DNA of 62,664 bases, counting the filler. It is 12 parts of 12 records of this genome, joined end to end, with 100 filler letters (N's around TTAATTAATTAA, not from the genome) between each part and the next. Parts side by side here need not be neighbours in the genome. Positions count along the whole stretch, not along the records: positions 57,043 to 62,664 come from SRR15195285_3354; 11 more parts are not named here. One strand, 5' to 3'. Below the pieces are notes generated by a model. It did no database searches and was not told where the DNA came from. It saw only the letters and a program-made list of their open reading frames with translations. The stretch's first letter is position 1; each line of letters begins with the position of its first letter. Of the stretch, positions 58,925 through 62,664 are shown in pieces. Both the position numbers and the translations under genes were made by a program.

Positions 58925-60684
58925 TTATTGCGACGCTACCCACACGTAGACGCGCGTCATAAACGATCGGTCGCTAGCAGGGCTAAGATCTGCCTCTACT
59001 TGGTCCAAAATTGAACCGCTACTCAAGTCACCACCGCCACTTTTGCTCCCCAACGTATTTTCTGCCCCATTGCCCTTGCTGTCAAGCAATGATTCTTGCA
59101 GCTCCATGTGCACATCCATCTGCTTCAATGCGGGACGGTGGTCTGGCACCATGGCAGCACTGCCTACCGCTACTATCTCTATAGCCACAATGATCCACCA
59201 GACAAACAGTGGGTCAAAGGGGTTGTCTGGCTCGAGTGAAACATGGTAGAGTGTGTTGAACAACGCCGGTCCTAGCCCTTGCGCGATTGCTTGAACAGCT
59301 GAAATAGCGCCGATCACCTGCCCTTGCTCGTTGCCGGCACTCAGTGTCGACTTGATCGCCGTGATCGCTGGGACATTCATTGTTGAAATGCTGAATAGAC
59401 TGGAGACAATGTAGACGAGGAACGGGGTGCGTACGATCCCCGTTGCAAACAACAGTGCGTACACGACAAACGCAGAGAGGCTCTGCCGAAGTGGCATGAG
59501 ATTACACACCACAGATCTACGTGAGCAATATACTCAACAGAAAAGAATGATGCACGCGCTGTAAACAAGAAGGGACTATCTACACCATCACGCACGAAAA
59601 CGATTGTCAACTTTTCGCCAAATGCTGAAATCACAAGCGGAGCGATGACGAAGCTGCTCAGTAGGCTATACGTCCCAGTGGCTTCGCTAAGGATGACCGT
59701 ATTGTCTGGCATGAAGTTAAGCTCGCGCGTGAGATAAAGCTGCAAGAAACCGTAGTTCCCTGACTGGCACATCGAGCTGAAGAACAGCGTTGCCGCGAGT
59801 CGCAGGAACACGTTGTTCCGCTTGAGTACCTTGAGCTGGGAGAGAGTGTTGAAGGCCTGCGCTAGCTCTGAACGGTTTCGCAGATCGAACGGTTTGCGCT
59901 GATCTACGGGCAGTGTCTCAGGTAGCACAAGCACGACGAGCGCCATGGCCACAGACGACATGAATACAGACAGGCTCACCACGTTGAACATGTCCGAGTG
60001 GAACTCGTCCGCAACTTGCCCTATTGTCGTGTTCTGCGGGGCATCGTTCGGCGGTGTGAAGAATCCGGCGACGTGCGACGCCCAGATTTGGGTAACCCCG
60101 AAGATTCCGATCTGAAACGCGAAGAACACTGCTCGATGCGAAGCTGGGACGATGTCAGCGATGTACACCGGGGCGAGAAACGAAAGAAAGAACGGAAAGC
60201 ACTGTCCGACATAGTAGGGATACAGCGAAACCTTGCCACGCGTCGCAGCCCATGCCCACAGCGCTATGTTGGTGAGCCACATCGGAGCGCAGCTGCCGAT
60301 CAAGATCCAACGGCGCCCAATGCTATCTGAAACTCGCCCGAGTACTGGCGACAACACGAAGGCCGCGATGCTCTGCACCAGCTGTGTTGTTGCCTGGATC
60401 GATGAGACATCGGCCATCGCGGCGGTGCAGTCCACAGTCTGCATGCGGCCGATGCAGGGTTGATTATTGTTGAAGAATTGGGCCTGTGCGAAGACGAGCA
60501 GAGGCGCTGTCATAAAGTAGCCAGAGACGAGGAGCGTCAAGACGAGCATCAGCACGCAGAAATCACGGAACTGTGCCCGCGAGAATCCTATCGGCAGCCT
60601 GAAACCGAGCACGCTCTCCGCCTGCACGCCCTGGCCCACGCTTTCGTCCGCGAGTTCGCGCTCTGCCTGCTCCCACATCGACAT
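58925..60684 (-). CDS. MFS transporter (HIAT1/MFSD14, TetA-like DHA1 family); at least 2 exons
   Basis: MFS motif A GRVSDSIGRR; YIADIVP; LPETLP; QGQVIGAISAVQAIAQGLGP. Intron 59595-59483 joins ORFs 59377-60705 and 58925-59512. Start codon uncertain. Confidence 0.85.
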
Positions 60685-61247
60685 ACTTGGCCGCAGCAAA
60701 ATCACGCGCTGTCTCGCAGATCGATATCATTCATCATCAGTGGTCCGCCGGCCCACGTGATGTAGAACGGCATCCAGCAAGAGCAAGCTTCGAGTTCCAC
60801 TGTCCGACGTTGGTGAGCAGCAGCTACGATCAGCTGGGCCGGATGCGGGGCCGCTCTAACGGTCCGGTGTCCCTTTAGCTAGGTAGCTAGGAGGAGCAAC
60901 GATGAACGATGCCGCTTTCTTGGGCATGCAACGCGCGCCGCCGGCGCCAGTCCTGCAACCTGGGCACAGGTTCCATCAAGTCCGGGATGATCTCAGGCAG
61001 TTCGTTCTCGATCAATTTGGTGCCACCAATATGCATGAGTGAATGATCACCAGAACAGAGAACTACCCGAACCTGGGCACTATAATCTCTTCTAGAGCTG
61101 CATCGGCGATGATCGACCGGCGCGGGGCGCGCGCGGTGCACGCGCGTGCGTGTTGTACGTTGCTTGCGATACGTACGTTAAACGCACGCGCGTACTTAAT
61201 CGATAGTGGCGTGGCACACGTTTTTGTGACTTGAAGCGCGCAGCCAT

Positions 61248-62664
61248 ATGGCTGTCGGCGCACTTGTGTTCGCGCTGCTGTTCAGCCAAGCGTGTAGCCA
61301 GCTCAGTAGCCAGCAGCTGCGCAACTTTAACTTGAGCAACCACACTGCCCGAGTAGGGAGCAGTACCGACCACCCACACCCGCCGTGCTGTGGTGCCCAC
61401 GGAACACACCCGCCAGCAGGCCAGCCGTCGTGCCCGACGGGGCCATGCACAGCCTGCCGCACGCCTGGCGCAAACGTGTGCTGCCCGTGCCTTCCAGATT
61501 TTCCGCCGCTACCCAACTGCACCGCCCCGGACACATGCCTCGAGCTCAGCAGCGCACGAGGCTACGGCGTGGGGCTTGGCATGCTGGATGCTCTGGTGTA
61601 CGCGGGCGGTTTCAAGGTATGCCCACCTCGGTGTTCGTTGTTGTTGTGCAACGCTGCCAAAGGCCACCTGTACAAGCACCTAACATGCACGGAGCGAAAC
61701 TGCACTGCGAATACAGGGGAACGTGGACCTTGACGCGATCGACGTCTTCAACACCACCACCAAGGCCTGGTCCCACTACAAGATGAGCGTCGGGAGAACG
61801 CTGTTCGATGGCGCCGCGCTCGGACGGACCGCGATCTTTGGCTGCGGGGAGGGAGGAGGCGGCGGGACAGCGGACCTCTTCGACGTCCTTACGGGCAAAG
61901 TCACCACGACGAAACTCCGTGGCGGCTCGCGTAAGAAGTGTGCAGCTACCGCGGTCGTGCTGGCTCGTGACTCAAATGGCCAGCCAACAGAAGGCAAGAT
62001 CTTGATCGGAGGTGGATACAAGTCCGTCGCTGTCGATATCTGGGATCTGAAGACCGGCACGTGGTCGGTCAGCAAGATGTCCATCTCACACTTTTATATG
62101 GCGGCCGCTGCCGCGGGCCCTTTCTCGCTGTTCTGCGGTGGGCTGGCGCCCTCGGGCGATACCTCCATCTGTGATGTTTACGTGCGTGCAGATTCTCTGC
62201 CGCTGTCACCTCCGCTTCTCGTCGTGCTGACCAAGACGTGTTGGTTTGAGATTGCTAGGACGCTCGCGGTGGCGGTTCGTGGTCCGTGACGCACATGGCC
62301 GCGCCAATGCGCGAGATTGCTGCGACTTCCATAGACTACCAAGGCAAGCAGCAAGCAGTCTTTTGCGGCGGCGGTCATCTACAGGTGAGCTCCACGACAG
62401 TTGTTTTGCCCCACACAGCAGTCAGGCTTCACACAGATCTATGCTTTGCAAACTTGCTGGGCGGCACGGCACGGTGTAGGTGTTCGACGCTCGCACTGCG
62501 AGTTGGACCTTCCGAAACTCGACTCCCGGCCGCAGCCCGTGGTCTAAGATGGGGCGCGCGACTGTCGCTGGGCGATACGCGCTCTTCGCGGGCTCGAATG
62601 GAAACGGGAATGCGATAGAGTACTATGATGCGGCCAATGGTGTCTGGGGCTTTGCAAAGCACAA
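61248..62664 (+). CDS. Secreted Kelch-repeat beta-propeller protein with Cys/Pro-rich N-terminus, 3'-partial; multi-exon
   Basis: Signal peptide MAVGALVFALLFSQACS; Kelch-like GG...D...W repeats (YAGGF...IDVFNTTTKAWS; LIGGGY...VDIWDLKTGTWS; FCGGL). Introns begin at 61617 (to 61716) and near 62182 and 62385. Confidence 0.75.

Noticed and set aside
58925-60684. Tetracycline-resistance (tetA) gene
   Set aside because: It contains a spliceosomal intron, has no tetR or mobile context, and fits the ubiquitous eukaryotic HIAT1/MFSD14-type MFS.
8557-62480. Introner or transposon-derived intron family
   Set aside because: By eye the introns differ in length and sequence, with no shared terminal inverted repeats or target-site duplications. 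An all-versus-all BLASTN would be needed to exclude this fully.
1-62664. Operon, biosynthetic cluster or defence-island interpretation of neighbouring genes
   Set aside because: The genes are eukaryotic and intron-containing, and they lie on 12 unlinked contigs. Within contigs the neighbours are functionally unrelated.
1-62664. Stop-codon reassignment or selenocysteine read-through
   Set aside because: The in-frame stops examined fall within predicted introns or at plausible C-termini. TAA, TAG and TGA all serve as terminators.
1-62664. tRNA, rRNA or snRNA genes
   Set aside because: No cloverleaf with T-loop/D-loop consensus or rRNA-conserved blocks was recognised by eye. tRNAscan-SE/Infernal would be needed to confirm absence.

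Overview
This is not one continuous locus. It is 12 short contigs of a GC-rich, gene-dense, intron-containing eukaryotic (protist) genome, joined by 11 artificial 100-nt spacers (N44-TTAATTAATTAA-N44). Gene neighbourhoods across spacers carry no meaning. About 27 protein-coding genes or fragments could be reconstructed by hand-splicing short spliceosomal introns of about 65-200 nt. Recognisable products include a plasmepsin-V/ASP5-like A1 aspartic protease, a FOXRED2-like flavoprotein, a DPP4-like S9B peptidase, an NPK1/MEKK-like MAP3K, a GT25 glycosyltransferase and a GH141-like beta-helix protein. Also present are an enoyl-CoA hydratase with a PTS2 signal, a SAP-Cgr1/CCDC86 fusion, an OSCA/TMC-superfamily channel, a multi-lectin, an MFS transporter and a Kelch-like protein. 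No rRNA, tRNA, CRISPR array or mobile element was recognised. The five most notable observations are: (1) a histidine-brace LPMO-like domain fused to a transmembrane helix and a cytosolic WW domain, a receptor-like architecture; (2) an ASP5/plasmepsin-V-like protease in a genome whose membrane proteins carry PEXEL/TEXEL-like RRLx[DQ] motifs; (3) an OSCA-like channel with large Cys-rich extracellular insertions; (4) recurrent 14-20 bp GTAC/TACTAGTA/TACATGTA palindromes concentrated in 5' intergenic DNA; (5) two GC-AG introns in one gene. All family assignments come from motif recognition by eye; no database search was run.
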